A stretch of 64,000 nucleotides of DNA, taken from NCBI GenBank assembly GCA_945836755.1, contig CAMAMB010000007.1, positions 1,828-65,827 of the forward strand, in the 5' to 3' direction. This stretch comes from an uncultured Bacteroidales bacterium. GTDB taxonomy: Bacteria; Bacteroidota; Bacteroidia; Bacteroidales; Bacteroidaceae. The notes under the pieces are model-generated. The model saw nothing but the letters and a program-made list of their open reading frames with translations, did not search any database and was not told the origin of the DNA. Both the position numbers and the translations under genes were made by a program. Positions 1-9,481 of the stretch are shown one piece after another. The stretch's first letter is position 1. Every line of letters starts with the position of its first letter.

Positions 1-163
1 AGACGTGCGTGAAGCCATATCGTGCGATGCGCTGCAGGCGGCTGTTGGTGAAGTCGTTCAGCTTGGCAGAGCCGTTTTGGGCCAATGAGCCGTTGGGGAC
101 GTTGGCGCTTTTCTTGTTGCCATAGAGGCGGGTGAAAATCTGGTAGATGAGTATGCGTGGCAT
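1..163 (-). CDS. Alpha-amylase family (GH13) protein, N-terminal part (runs off window start)
   Basis: Manual translation from ATG at 163: MPRILIYQIFTRLYGNKKSANVPNGSLAQNGSAKLNDFTNSRLQRIARYGFTHV; resembles the IYQ.FTRL.GN...NG..K..DF...G.TH.W N-terminus of Bacteroidales GH13 proteins. Not in the ORF track. Confidence 0.75.
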   Translation of the reverse strand, partial: MPRILIYQIFTRLYGNKKSANVPNGSLAQNGSAKLNDFTNSRLQRIARYGFTHV

Positions 164-247
164 GTCTGGTATGGGGCGAGTGAGATATACACAGAAGAAG
201 CCGTCGAAGCGGCGGCCTCTTCTTTATAATCTGATTGTGTGAATGGC

Positions 248-1150
248 TTAATCGGCTGCGCCGCGTACGGTGATGTCGGGGTTTCCTTTGCAAATCTTGG
301 CAATCATGCCCTGGAGGGTCTTGCCGGGCCCGCACTCCGTGAAGGAGCAGGCACCGTCTTTGACCATGTTGTTCACCTCGGCCGTCCATTTGACGGAGGC
401 GGTGAGCTGGGCGATGAGGTTGGCCTTTATTTCTTCAGGGTCGGTGTGGGGAAGGGCATCTACGTTCTGGTAGACGGGGCAGATGGGTGTGCGGAACTCA
501 GTCTGTGAGATGGCAGCTTCCAACTCCTGCTGTGCGGGCAGCATGAGTGGAGAGTGGAATGCGCCACTGACGGGAAGCACGAGGGCACGCTTGGCTCCGG
601 CCTCTTTGAGGCTGCGGCAGGCGGCATCGATGGCTTCAACTTCGCCGGAGATGACCAGCTGTCCGGGGCAGTTGTAGTTGGCAGGTACTACCACTTTCCC
701 TGTTTCCTGCTGCACTTGGGCACAGATCTCTTCCACCTTCTCGTCCGGCATGGCAATGATTGCAGCCATGGTGCCGGGCTTCATTTCGCAGGCTTTCTGC
801 ATGGCGATGGCACGGGCCGCTACGAGCTTCAGACCGTCTTCGAAGCTGAGGCAGCGGGCGGCAGTCAGGGCGGAGAGCTCACCGAGAGAGTGGCCGGCGA
901 CCATGGCGGGCTGGAAGCCGGAGCCGAGACAGAGAGCGCTGATTACACTGTGAAGGAACATGGCAGGCTGCGTCACCTTGGTCTGCTTGAGCTCTTCGTC
1001 TGTTCCATCAAACATGATATCGGTGATGCGGAAGCCCAAGATATCGTTGGCCTTCTCGAAAAATTGCTTGGCTACGGGATGCTTTTCGTAGAGGTCTTTG
1101 CCCATTCCGACAAACTGGGCGCCTTGTCCGGGAAATACAAATGCGTTCAT
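248..1150 (-). CDS. fabD: Malonyl-CoA:ACP transacylase
   Basis: AFVFPGQGAQ, GHSLGE catalytic motif, GAFHS; start moved to MNAFVFPG (1150). Confidence 0.97.
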   Translation of the reverse strand: MNAFVFPGQGAQFVGMGKDLYEKHPVAKQFFEKANDILGFRITDIMFDGTDEELKQTKVTQPAMFLHSVISALCLGSGFQPAMVAGHSLGELSALTAARCLSFEDGLKLVAARAIAMQKACEMKPGTMAAIIAMPDEKVEEICAQVQQETGKVVVPANYNCPGQLVISGEVEAIDAACRSLKEAGAKRALVLPVSGAFHSPLMLPAQQELEAAISQTEFRTPICPVYQNVDALPHTDPEEIKANLIAQLTASVKWTAEVNNMVKDGACSFTECGPGKTLQGMIAKICKGNPDITVRGAAD

Positions 1151-1211
1151 TGAGATAGTATATGAGGAGTAAATTGCAATGGATGGGGTCACCCATTGAG
1201 TGGTTGCGCTG

Positions 1212-1219
1212 CAAAGGTA
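1212..1219 (-). promoter_or_regulatory. Bacteroidetes -7 promoter element (TACCTTTG) for fabD
   Basis: Matches TAnnTTTG, in the intergenic gap upstream of fabD. Confidence 0.6.
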
Positions 1220-1291
1220 GACATTTTGTGAGAAACGAGAACGGGGTGGAGGGGTGGCTTTTGTGCATAATGTGGTTAATAAATCACATCA

Positions 1292-2077
1292 TTATAAAAG
1301 GTAGAGAGCTCCATGTCCTTTCCCTGCGTAGTAGCCGCTCCCTTTCATGATAGCCTGTTCGACAAAAGCTTTAGCCTCTCCGACCGCCTGTGCGAGTGGC
1401 ATCCCATTGGCCATATTGGCGGTAATGGCTGAAGACAGGACGCAGCCTGTGCCGTGAGTGTTGGCGGAACTGATGTGCTTCCCCTCAAAGGAAATGACCT
1501 TGCCGTCAGATGGCAGGAGGTAGTCGGTAGGCGCCCCCTCACCGTGTCCCCCCTTCAGCAGTATTGATAGCCCGGGGAACCGCTCTCGGAGAGAGGCAAG
1601 AAGGAGGTGGGCGTCTGTCTCGTGAGGCCGCCGGGCTATGTATCGTGCCTCGGGCAGGTTGGGCGTAAGCAGGTGGCAGAGGGGCGCCAGCCGGTCTAAC
1701 ATCCTGCGGGCAGTCTCTTCGTCTGTCAGCGGGTAGCCGGAACTGGAAAAGATGATGGGGTCAAGCACCACGAACCCAGGCTTAAAGTGTTCAATGCATG
1801 TGGCGATGGCATCCACCGCGGCTGCTGAGCCCACCATGCCTATCTTGACAGCATCGGGCATGAGGTCGTCCATGACGTTCGCTATCTGCACTTCAATCAA
1901 GTCGCTGTCTACATCATGGCAAGCGCTGACGCCCAGGCTGTTCTGCACAGTCAATGCTGTAATCACCGCCTGACCGTAGCAGCCGTGACGATGGAAGGTT
2001 TTGAGGTCGGCTTGTATGCCGGCGCCTCCCGAAGGATCGCTGCCGGCGATAGTCATACATACTTTATAGGCTTTCAT
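1292..2077 (-). CDS. thiD: Hydroxymethylpyrimidine/phosphomethylpyrimidine kinase
   Basis: TIAGSDPSGGAGIQADLKT, TPNLPEA, LKGGH, HGTGC motifs. Confidence 0.96.
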   Translation of the reverse strand: MKAYKVCMTIAGSDPSGGAGIQADLKTFHRHGCYGQAVITALTVQNSLGVSACHDVDSDLIEVQIANVMDDLMPDAVKIGMVGSAAAVDAIATCIEHFKPGFVVLDPIIFSSSGYPLTDEETARRMLDRLAPLCHLLTPNLPEARYIARRPHETDAHLLLASLRERFPGLSILLKGGHGEGAPTDYLLPSDGKVISFEGKHISSANTHGTGCVLSSAITANMANGMPLAQAVGEAKAFVEQAIMKGSGYYAGKGHGALYLL

Positions 2078-2081
2078 GGTG

Positions 2082-2129
2082 CAAACTTACTGCTTTTATC
2101 GGGCGTGTAGTAAGATTTTTGTACTTTTG
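2082..2129. promoter_or_regulatory. Divergent -7 promoter pair: TAAGTTTG (- strand, 2082-2089, thiD) and TACTTTTG (+ strand, 2122-2129, yicC)
   Basis: Two TAnnTTTG matches facing outward in a 95-bp divergent gap. Confidence 0.6.
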
Positions 2130-2172
2130 CTTCTCGTATTAAACCACCCTCACAAAAATAATCCCTGCAAGT

Positions 2173-3048
2173 ATGATATTGTCTATGACGGGCTTCGGGA
2201 AGGCTGATGCCCACTTTGAAGGAAAGAAGATACACGTTGAAGTGCGGACTCTCAATAGCAAAACGTTAGACGTGAATGTCCGCCTGTCTCCCCTGTACCG
2301 GGAGAAGGAGATGGAGATACGTTCCCACATCGCAGCTTCGGTGGTGCGTGGCAAGGTCGACCTCACTCTGTGGACGGAGAAAGATGCCGAGCAGTCTGCA
2401 CCTACCATCAATCCCTCAGTGGTGGCATCGTATGTCACGCAGATAGAGGAGATAAGCGCCGCCCACCATCTTCCTATGCCTGACAATGTGTGGGACCTCA
2501 TCGTCCGCCTGCCGGAAACTACCGTTACCTCACAGCCTGAGGTGTTAACCGATGAAGAATGGACTGTGGTGGTGGCTGCGGTGGATGAAGCCTTAGACAA
2601 GCTTCGCCAGTTCCGTCAGCAAGAAGGGGAGGCCCTGGCTGTCAAGTTTGAGGAGAAACTGACGGCCATCGATACCCTGCTTCAGAGCATCGCTCCCTAC
2701 GAGCAGAGCCGTGTGGAGAAAATCCGTGCCCGCCTCGAAAGCCGTCTCGCTGAGCTCAAAGGGGTGGACTATGACAAAAACCGCTTAGAGCAGGAGCTGA
2801 TATACTATATCGAGAAACTCGACATCAGCGAAGAGAAACAGCGCCTCACCAACCACCTAAGGTACTTCCGTGAAACCATGGCTCAGGACCCGGGACAGGG
2901 CAAGAAGCTTGGGTTTATTGCCCAAGAAATGGGGCGGGAGATAAACACTACAGGATCCAAGAGTAACCAGGCCGAGATGCAGAATATCGTGGTGCACATG
3001 AAGGACGAGCTGGAACAGATTAAAGAGCAGGTGCTCAACGTCATGTAA
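2173..3048 (+). CDS. YicC/YloC family endoribonuclease
   Basis: SMTGFG N-terminus, GKKLGFIAQEMGREINT.GSK C-terminus; usual position upstream of gmk. Confidence 0.95.
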   Translation: MILSMTGFGKADAHFEGKKIHVEVRTLNSKTLDVNVRLSPLYREKEMEIRSHIAASVVRGKVDLTLWTEKDAEQSAPTINPSVVASYVTQIEEISAAHHLPMPDNVWDLIVRLPETTVTSQPEVLTDEEWTVVVAAVDEALDKLRQFRQQEGEALAVKFEEKLTAIDTLLQSIAPYEQSRVEKIRARLESRLAELKGVDYDKNRLEQELIYYIEKLDISEEKQRLTNHLRYFRETMAQDPGQGKKLGFIAQEMGREINTTGSKSNQAEMQNIVVHMKDELEQIKEQVLNVM

Positions 3049-3126
3049 TCCACGGCTCGCTATTCAGCGTGTCCTCCACGTAGGTTACGCATCACCATTA
3101 TCCATTCCCCCACATTCTTTGAACCT

Positions 3127-3687
3127 ATGAAAAAGGTCATTATAGTATCTGCCCCGAGTGGTACAGGCAAGAGTACCCTCATTCAGCATCTTATGTCACA
3201 GCGCACAGACTTGGCATTCTCTGTGTCAGCCACTAATCGCCCGCCGCGTGGTAAGGAGGTGGACGGAGTAGACTACCAGTTTCTGTCTACAGAGATGTTT
3301 CAGCAACATATAGCTGCCGGTGACTTCTTAGAGTATGTGGAGGTCTATGCGGGCCGCTACTACGGTACGTTGAAGAGCCAGGTGGACAATAGCCTTGCGC
3401 GTGGGGTAAACGTGATATGCGACGTGGATGTGTTGGGCGGGCTTCAAATCAAGAAGCATTACGGGGAGCGAGCCCTCAGCATATTTATCCAGCCGCCTTC
3501 GATAGAGGTGCTGCGTCAGCGTCTTGAGGGGCGCGGCACCGATAGCCCCGAGGTGATAGAAGACCGCCTTGCCCGTGCTCGTTTCGAGCTATCCCACGCG
3601 TCACAGTTTGACACCCTCGTTGTGAATGACGACTTGCAGCAGGCCTGTGCCGACTTCCTGCATGTGGTCAATGACTTCCTCGATTGA
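3127..3687 (+). CDS. gmk: Guanylate kinase
   Basis: SAPSGTGKST P-loop, SATNRPPR..E.DGVDY, YYGT. Confidence 0.97.
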   Translation: MKKVIIVSAPSGTGKSTLIQHLMSQRTDLAFSVSATNRPPRGKEVDGVDYQFLSTEMFQQHIAAGDFLEYVEVYAGRYYGTLKSQVDNSLARGVNVICDVDVLGGLQIKKHYGERALSIFIQPPSIEVLRQRLEGRGTDSPEVIEDRLARARFELSHASQFDTLVVNDDLQQACADFLHVVNDFLD

Positions 3688-3752
3688 TATAGATGGTCTT
3701 TCTAAATATCTAAGTATCACCTGCTTGTTTCCTTATAGCATACACTTCATCC

Positions 3753-6425
3753 ATGATATATCCTTCTTCGTTTGAACGTAAGTTAGGCTTTGATCAGATA
3801 CGGACCCAGCTGAAAGGCCGCTGCACGTCGTCACTCGGCACAGAGTGGGTGGAGCGTGAGTTGGCCTTTATGGCAGATTGGGGGGCGGTCTGCGAGTCGC
3901 TGCAGGTATCGGCTGAGTTTATACGGTTCTGCGAGGAAGACACTACCGACCTCGTCCCCGAGTTTTACGACGTTCGTACCCCCCTTCTGCGCCTTCGGCC
4001 GGAGCGTACATGGATGGAAGAGACCGACCTCTTTGCTCTCAAGCGTTCGCTAACTACGGTGATAGCCTACGCCAAGGCGTTTCGTCAGCTCAAGGAGGGA
4101 GCCGAGGAGGAGGCTGACGCAGATAATGTGGCCACGCAGGTTTCTACTGATGATACCCTGGCTGCGCCTGAGGCCACCATGGCAGAAGAGGAAACCGCCT
4201 GTGGCTTAGAGAATAGCCTCGTTGCAGAATCGTTGTCAGTAGACTACTCCATCTACCTCTACCCCGCGTTGGCCCGAATGGCTGAGGGCGTGGCGGTATT
4301 CCCCATGATAGTGGAGCGGATTGACAGGGTGCTCAACCAGTATGGCAAGGTGCGCGATGATGCCTCTCCAGAGCTGAGTCGCCTGCGCGGTGAGATAGAT
4401 CACCTCACTCGCAGTCTGTCGCGGACGCTGCGCACCGTAATCACAGAGGCCCAGAATGATGGATACATAGACCGCGAGGTAACTCCCGCTTTGCGCGACG
4501 GCCGTTTGGTCATACCTGTCCCCCCTGCCGCCAAGCGCAAGATTAAGGGCATCGTGCACGACGAGAGTGCCACGGGCCGCACCGTATTTATAGAGCCCTC
4601 TGTGGTGGTTGAAAGCAACAACCGCATACGTGAGATGCGGGCTGCCGAGCATCGTGAGGTCATACGCATACTCAGTGAGCTGTCAGCCCTGATACGCCCC
4701 CACATCAGCGACATCATGGGCTCCATGCGCTTCCTGGGCCACGTAGATTATCTCTGTGCGCTCCAAGTGTGGTCGCGGTTGATAGAGGCTCGTGTCATAC
4801 TTCCCGTAGCCTCACCCCGCCTCGACTGGCAGAAAGCCTACCATCCGCTTCTGGCCGCCCGCCTTAAAGCCAAGGGCGAAGCCATGACGCCGCTCGACAT
4901 CAGTCTCCTGGCTTCGAAGGGCCGCATCCTCCTTATCTCCGGACCTAATGCCGGGGGAAAGTCTGTCTGTCTGAAGACGGTGGGCCTGCTGCAATATATG
5001 CTGCAATGTGGCATGCCGGTGCCGGCCTCTGCTTCCTCGCAGCCTGGCTGCTTCGACGACGTCATGCTGGATATGGGTGACGACCAGAGCATCGACAATG
5101 ACCTTTCTACTTACTCCTCGCATCTCCTTCACATGAAGCAGATGATGAAGACCGCCGGGCGTCGCACCCTCCTGCTGATAGATGAGTTTGGTAGCGGTAC
5201 GGAGCCGCGTATAGGTGGAGCCCTTGCCGAGGCCATTCTCCATCAGTTGGAGAAGATGGGAGCCTGGGGTGTAATCACCACCCACTATCAAAATCTCAAG
5301 CACTATGCCTCGGCCCATCCCTCTGTGGTCAATGGGGCGATGCTCTACGACCGCCAGCTCATGCTTCCGCTCTTCCGCCTTCAGGTGGGGCTGCCCGGCA
5401 GTTCCTTTGCCATAGAGATAGCCCGCAAGGCCGGCATTCCTGCTGAGGTCATTGACTATGCCTCCAACCTTGTAGGCAATGACTATGTCATGAGCGATAA
5501 GTATGTGCAGGACATCATACGCGACAAGCTTTATTGGGAGACAAAGCGGCAAGAGGTCAAGCAGCGTGAGCGCAAGTTGAGGGAGGAGGCCGCGCGATAC
5601 GCCGAGCAGAGCGAAGAGCTTAAACGGTCACGCCACGAGGTCCTTGCCAAGGCCCGCGACGAGGCCCGTGACATTGTAGCCAACTCTAATGCCCTTATTG
5701 AGAACACCATACGCACTATCCGCGAGACACAGGCCGAGAAGGAACGCACACGTCAGGTGCGTAATGAGATAGCGTCCTTTGCTGCCGGGCTTGACGAGGC
5801 GGCTCTCGAGGCTGATGCCAAGCTCAACCGCGAGATGGAGCGCCTCAAACGTCGCCAGGAGAGGAAGAAGAACCGTAAGGCTCATTCTTCGTCCGCTGCT
5901 TCGTCTCACCCCGGCCCGGCCGCCGAGCCCTCCCGGCCCAGGATGGGGGAGGGTATAGAAGTCGGTGGCTACGTCCTGCTCGACGGGAGCGGGGTGCCCG
6001 GTCAGGTGCAAGCCTTACATGGCACACGAGCCCATGTCCTGTTCGGCATGATGCAGTCCACTGTGCCCCTTGCCCGCTTGTTGCCCACGGCTCCACCGCG
6101 TCCTGAGAAGAAGGATGCCACCGTGGCAGCTACCTTTGTCAGCGAGGCCACCCGTGCCGCCATGCGTGAGAAGCAGTTGCACTTCCGCTCAGAGATAGAC
6201 CTTCGTGGTCAGCGTGTGGATGAGGCACTCACCTCCCTCAGCCGCTTCATCGACGATGCCATCCAGTGTGGCGGAAGTCCTTTGCGCATCCTTCACGGCA
6301 CAGGCACCGGGGCTCTCCGCATAGCCATCAGGGCTTGGTTAGACACGATGCCCGCCGTGAAGTCCTTCCACGATGAGGATGTACGCTTCGGCGGGGCGGG
6401 CATCACGGTTGTAGAAATGGCTTAA
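3753..6425 (+). CDS. mutS2: Endonuclease MutS2 (MutS ATPase + C-terminal Smr domain)
   Basis: SGPNAGGKS, LSTYSSH, DEFGSGT, TTHY; Smr IDLRG...ILHGTGTG.L. Confidence 0.95.
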   Translation: MIYPSSFERKLGFDQIRTQLKGRCTSSLGTEWVERELAFMADWGAVCESLQVSAEFIRFCEEDTTDLVPEFYDVRTPLLRLRPERTWMEETDLFALKRSLTTVIAYAKAFRQLKEGAEEEADADNVATQVSTDDTLAAPEATMAEEETACGLENSLVAESLSVDYSIYLYPALARMAEGVAVFPMIVERIDRVLNQYGKVRDDASPELSRLRGEIDHLTRSLSRTLRTVITEAQNDGYIDREVTPALRDGRLVIPVPPAAKRKIKGIVHDESATGRTVFIEPSVVVESNNRIREMRAAEHREVIRILSELSALIRPHISDIMGSMRFLGHVDYLCALQVWSRLIEARVILPVASPRLDWQKAYHPLLAARLKAKGEAMTPLDISLLASKGRILLISGPNAGGKSVCLKTVGLLQYMLQCGMPVPASASSQPGCFDDVMLDMGDDQSIDNDLSTYSSHLLHMKQMMKTAGRRTLLLIDEFGSGTEPRIGGALAEAILHQLEKMGAWGVITTHYQNLKHYASAHPSVVNGAMLYDRQLMLPLFRLQVGLPGSSFAIEIARKAGIPAEVIDYASNLVGNDYVMSDKYVQDIIRDKLYWETKRQEVKQRERKLREEAARYAEQSEELKRSRHEVLAKARDEARDIVANSNALIENTIRTIRETQAEKERTRQVRNEIASFAAGLDEAALEADAKLNREMERLKRRQERKKNRKAHSSSAASSHPGPAAEPSRPRMGEGIEVGGYVLLDGSGVPGQVQALHGTRAHVLFGMMQSTVPLARLLPTAPPRPEKKDATVAATFVSEATRAAMREKQLHFRSEIDLRGQRVDEALTSLSRFIDDAIQCGGSPLRILHGTGTGALRIAIRAWLDTMPAVKSFHDEDVRFGGAGITVVEMA

Positions 6426-6438
6426 CCCTTTCCTCCTC

Positions 6439-7785
6439 ATGTCTACTATATATATATGTATAAGGCGATGCCTCAAGAGGCGGCTCTCGCTGCTTGCCTG
6501 CATCTTTCTGGTGGGCTTCGTTTCAGTCGGAGCCCAGCCCGGTCGTGTCGACTATATGGACAGGCTGGTCTTCTCCCTACAGATGACGAGCGACCGTCAG
6601 GCCTCCTGCTCCCTGCCCCTGCTCACGCTGGGTGGCCATGACCAACTCACCGTCGCCTTCGACTATCTCGATGCCCAGGCCCGGCGTCTTACTTACAGCA
6701 TCGTCCATCTTGACGACGAGGGACAGCCTACCACCGAGCTTTTCGATAACGAATATGTGCGTACCACCGTCGACGAGCCTCTCTTCTCCCATTCTGAGCC
6801 TTCGGTCTATACCTCCGTGGCTTATCAGCACTATACACTCACCCTGCCGAACACTGACGTGCAGCCCTTGCTCAGTGGCAATTATCGCCTCACCGTGACC
6901 GACATTACCGACGACGAACCCCGGTCTCTCCTTGTAGCTTGCTTTGGGGTGGTCGAGCCTCTCGCTGTGGTTCAGGTGGCAGCGAGTGCCGACACCGACA
7001 TCGACCGTCACGACCGCCACCAGCAAGTGAGCGTGCAAACGCGTTTCTACGATACTCCGATAGTGAACCCCCAGCAGGAGATACGGCTCACTGTGCTTCA
7101 GAATGGGCGATATGACAACGCAGTGCGTCGTCCGCAGCCCACCTCATACGACGGCCGAACCCTGCTCTGGGAGCATAGCCGCGACCTTATCTTTGCCGGT
7201 GGCAGCGAGTATCGGCGTTTCGAGATGCTATCACCCGAGTATCCCGGCAAGCATGGGGAGCGTATCTGGCGAGAGGGCTTGTTCTACCATCTTGCCCTTC
7301 AGCCCGACGAGCCTTGCCGCAACTACATCTTTGATGAGGACCACAACGGCGCTTCCCTCATTCGTACCACCTCCTCTCCCTATCCCGACACTGAGGCCGA
7401 CTATTCCACTGTCCACTTCCGCCTTCAGACCTTTGTCCGCCCTACGGGCCATTTTTATCTCATAGGGCGCTGGGCCCAGCCGGCCTTTGCCTCCCGTTAT
7501 TGCCTGCAACCTTTGCCCTCGGGCGATGGGTACGAGCTTGTCCTGCCTATGAAGATGGGGTATTACGAGTATCAGTATGCCTATCTCGACGACTCTCAGC
7601 AAGCCGCCCTTGCCTTCGCCCCCGACGCCGAAGAGATCCCCATCCCTCCCCGTGGCAATACGGCCCTGATGGAAGGCGACTTCTATCAGACCACCAACGA
7701 CTACACAGCCCTGCTCTACTACCGGCCACTCGGTCGACGCTATTGGCGGCTGGTGGGCGTCGGGCAGACCGACTTCAAGCCGTAG
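6439..7785 (+). CDS. DUF5103 family protein (type IX secretion system plug-like), exported
   Basis: Signal-like N-terminus; LLSGNY, F.GG.EYR.F, K.GYYEYQY, EGDFYQT.N.Y..L.YYR motifs; start uncertain. Confidence 0.75.
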   Translation: MSTIYICIRRCLKRRLSLLACIFLVGFVSVGAQPGRVDYMDRLVFSLQMTSDRQASCSLPLLTLGGHDQLTVAFDYLDAQARRLTYSIVHLDDEGQPTTELFDNEYVRTTVDEPLFSHSEPSVYTSVAYQHYTLTLPNTDVQPLLSGNYRLTVTDITDDEPRSLLVACFGVVEPLAVVQVAASADTDIDRHDRHQQVSVQTRFYDTPIVNPQQEIRLTVLQNGRYDNAVRRPQPTSYDGRTLLWEHSRDLIFAGGSEYRRFEMLSPEYPGKHGERIWREGLFYHLALQPDEPCRNYIFDEDHNGASLIRTTSSPYPDTEADYSTVHFRLQTFVRPTGHFYLIGRWAQPAFASRYCLQPLPSGDGYELVLPMKMGYYEYQYAYLDDSQQAALAFAPDAEEIPIPPRGNTALMEGDFYQTTNDYTALLYYRPLGRRYWRLVGVGQTDFKP

Positions 7786-7852
7786 TCACGGCCGTGTGCG
7801 CCGTTGCGGCGTCCTCCTTTCTCCCTTCTGTTACGCCACCTATCACTTTCCC

Positions 7853-8809
7853 ATGAAAATAGTATTCCTCGATGGCTACACGCTCTTTGATGACGGCGTG
7901 AGCGACGCCCCTCTCCGTGCCCTTGGCCACGTCACCATTTACGACCGCACCGAGCCTGCCGACGTGGTGGCCCGTGCTGCCGATGCTGAGATACTCCTTG
8001 TCAACAAGACCCGCCTCTCGGCCGACACCCTGGCCCATCTCCCGGCCCTGCGCTTAGTCTGCGTGGCGGCTACGGGTTACGACCGGGTCGATGTGGCGGC
8101 TGCCGCTCGTCTCGGCATCACTGTCTGCAACTGCGCGGGCTACTCCACCCAGTCTGTGGCACAGCTCGCCGCCTCCCTCATCCTTGAAGGCGTCGACCGC
8201 GTTGGTGAGTATGCGGCCAGCACAAGGCGCGGCGACTGGAGCGAGCAGACCGATTTCAGTTACACCCTTTGGCCGCGCCTTGAGCTGGAAGGCAAGCTCA
8301 TGGCCGTTGTGGGCATGGGCCACATAGGGCGGGCCGTCGTGCGTGTCATGCGGCCTTTCGGCCTGCGCTTTGTTTGCGTGAGCGGCTGCGACCCTTCGCT
8401 CCTCCCCGACGAAGTCACCCCCGTCAGCCTCGAAGAGGCCTTCCGCACAGCTCAGATAGTCAGCCTCAACTGTCCGCTGCGCTCTGACAACTACCACATG
8501 GTCGACGACTCCCTGCTCTCCCTCTGCAGCCCCTCTCTCGTGCTTGTCAATACCGCCCGTGGTGCGCTTGTCGACGAGCAGGCCGTGGCCCGTGCCCTTC
8601 ACGAAGGGCGGCTCGGAGCTTACCTTACTGACGTGCTCGAGCAGGAGCCTCCTTCGCCCGACTGCCCCCTTTTCAGCGCCCCCCGGGCTTATGTCACTCC
8701 CCACATCGGCTGGGCTACAGTCGAGGCACGTACCCGCATCGTCTGCATCCTCGCCGACAACATCAGCGCCTTCCTCAGCGGCAGCCCCCGTAATGTGGTC
8801 AGCGCCTAA
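7853..8809 (+). CDS. D-2-hydroxyacid dehydrogenase (glycerate dehydrogenase/hydroxypyruvate reductase-like)
   Basis: MKIVFLDG start, ATGYD.VD, GMGHIG, NTARG, DVL..EPP, TPHIGW. Confidence 0.93.
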   Translation: MKIVFLDGYTLFDDGVSDAPLRALGHVTIYDRTEPADVVARAADAEILLVNKTRLSADTLAHLPALRLVCVAATGYDRVDVAAAARLGITVCNCAGYSTQSVAQLAASLILEGVDRVGEYAASTRRGDWSEQTDFSYTLWPRLELEGKLMAVVGMGHIGRAVVRVMRPFGLRFVCVSGCDPSLLPDEVTPVSLEEAFRTAQIVSLNCPLRSDNYHMVDDSLLSLCSPSLVLVNTARGALVDEQAVARALHEGRLGAYLTDVLEQEPPSPDCPLFSAPRAYVTPHIGWATVEARTRIVCILADNISAFLSGSPRNVVSA

Positions 8810-8860
8810 TGTCCCCCGCCACTTCAATTCTCATTCCCCACTTCCCCTTTTCCTTTCCCC

Positions 8861-9481
8861 ATGTTTGCCTCCATCTCTTTTGCTCAGGTGCTCGACTTCG
8901 TCGGTACCCTGGCCTTCGCCATCTCGGGCATCCGCCTCGCCTCCGCCAAACGCTTCGACCTCTTCGGCGCTTACGTGGTCGGTGTCACCACTGCCATTGG
9001 CGGCGGCACGCTGCGCGACCTCATGCTCTCCCGTACCCCGTTCTGGATGACCGACTCCTTCTACCTGCTCTGCTCGGCCTTCGCCCTTCTATGGGTCATC
9101 GTCTTCCGACGCTACCTGGTACGTCAGAACAACACCTGGTTCCTTTTCGACACCGTCGGTTTGGCCATGTTCACCGTCACGGGCATTGAGCGCACCCTTG
9201 CTGTGGGCTTGCCCTTCTGGACTGCCGTCGTCATGGGCGCTATTACCGGAGCGGGTGGGGGCGTATTCCGCGATGTCTTCATCAACGAGGTGCCCCTCAT
9301 TTTCCGTAAAGACATCTACGCCCTCTGCTGTGTCGTGGGCGGCGCCTTCTACTATGTCTGTCTCCGCCTCGGTCTCGACAATGTCACCTGCGGCCTCGTC
9401 TGCGGCCTCTTCGTTATCCTGAGCCGCGTGTTGGCTGTCAAGTACCATTGGCACCTTCCCGTGCTCAAAAGCGAGGACTGA
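8861..9481 (+). CDS. TRIC/UPF0126 (YadS-like) membrane protein
   Basis: Duplicated GT..FA.SG / TAIGGGTLRD and TGAGGGVFRD motifs; multiple hydrophobic helices. Confidence 0.9.
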   Translation: MFASISFAQVLDFVGTLAFAISGIRLASAKRFDLFGAYVVGVTTAIGGGTLRDLMLSRTPFWMTDSFYLLCSAFALLWVIVFRRYLVRQNNTWFLFDTVGLAMFTVTGIERTLAVGLPFWTAVVMGAITGAGGGVFRDVFINEVPLIFRKDIYALCCVVGGAFYYVCLRLGLDNVTCGLVCGLFVILSRVLAVKYHWHLPVLKSED

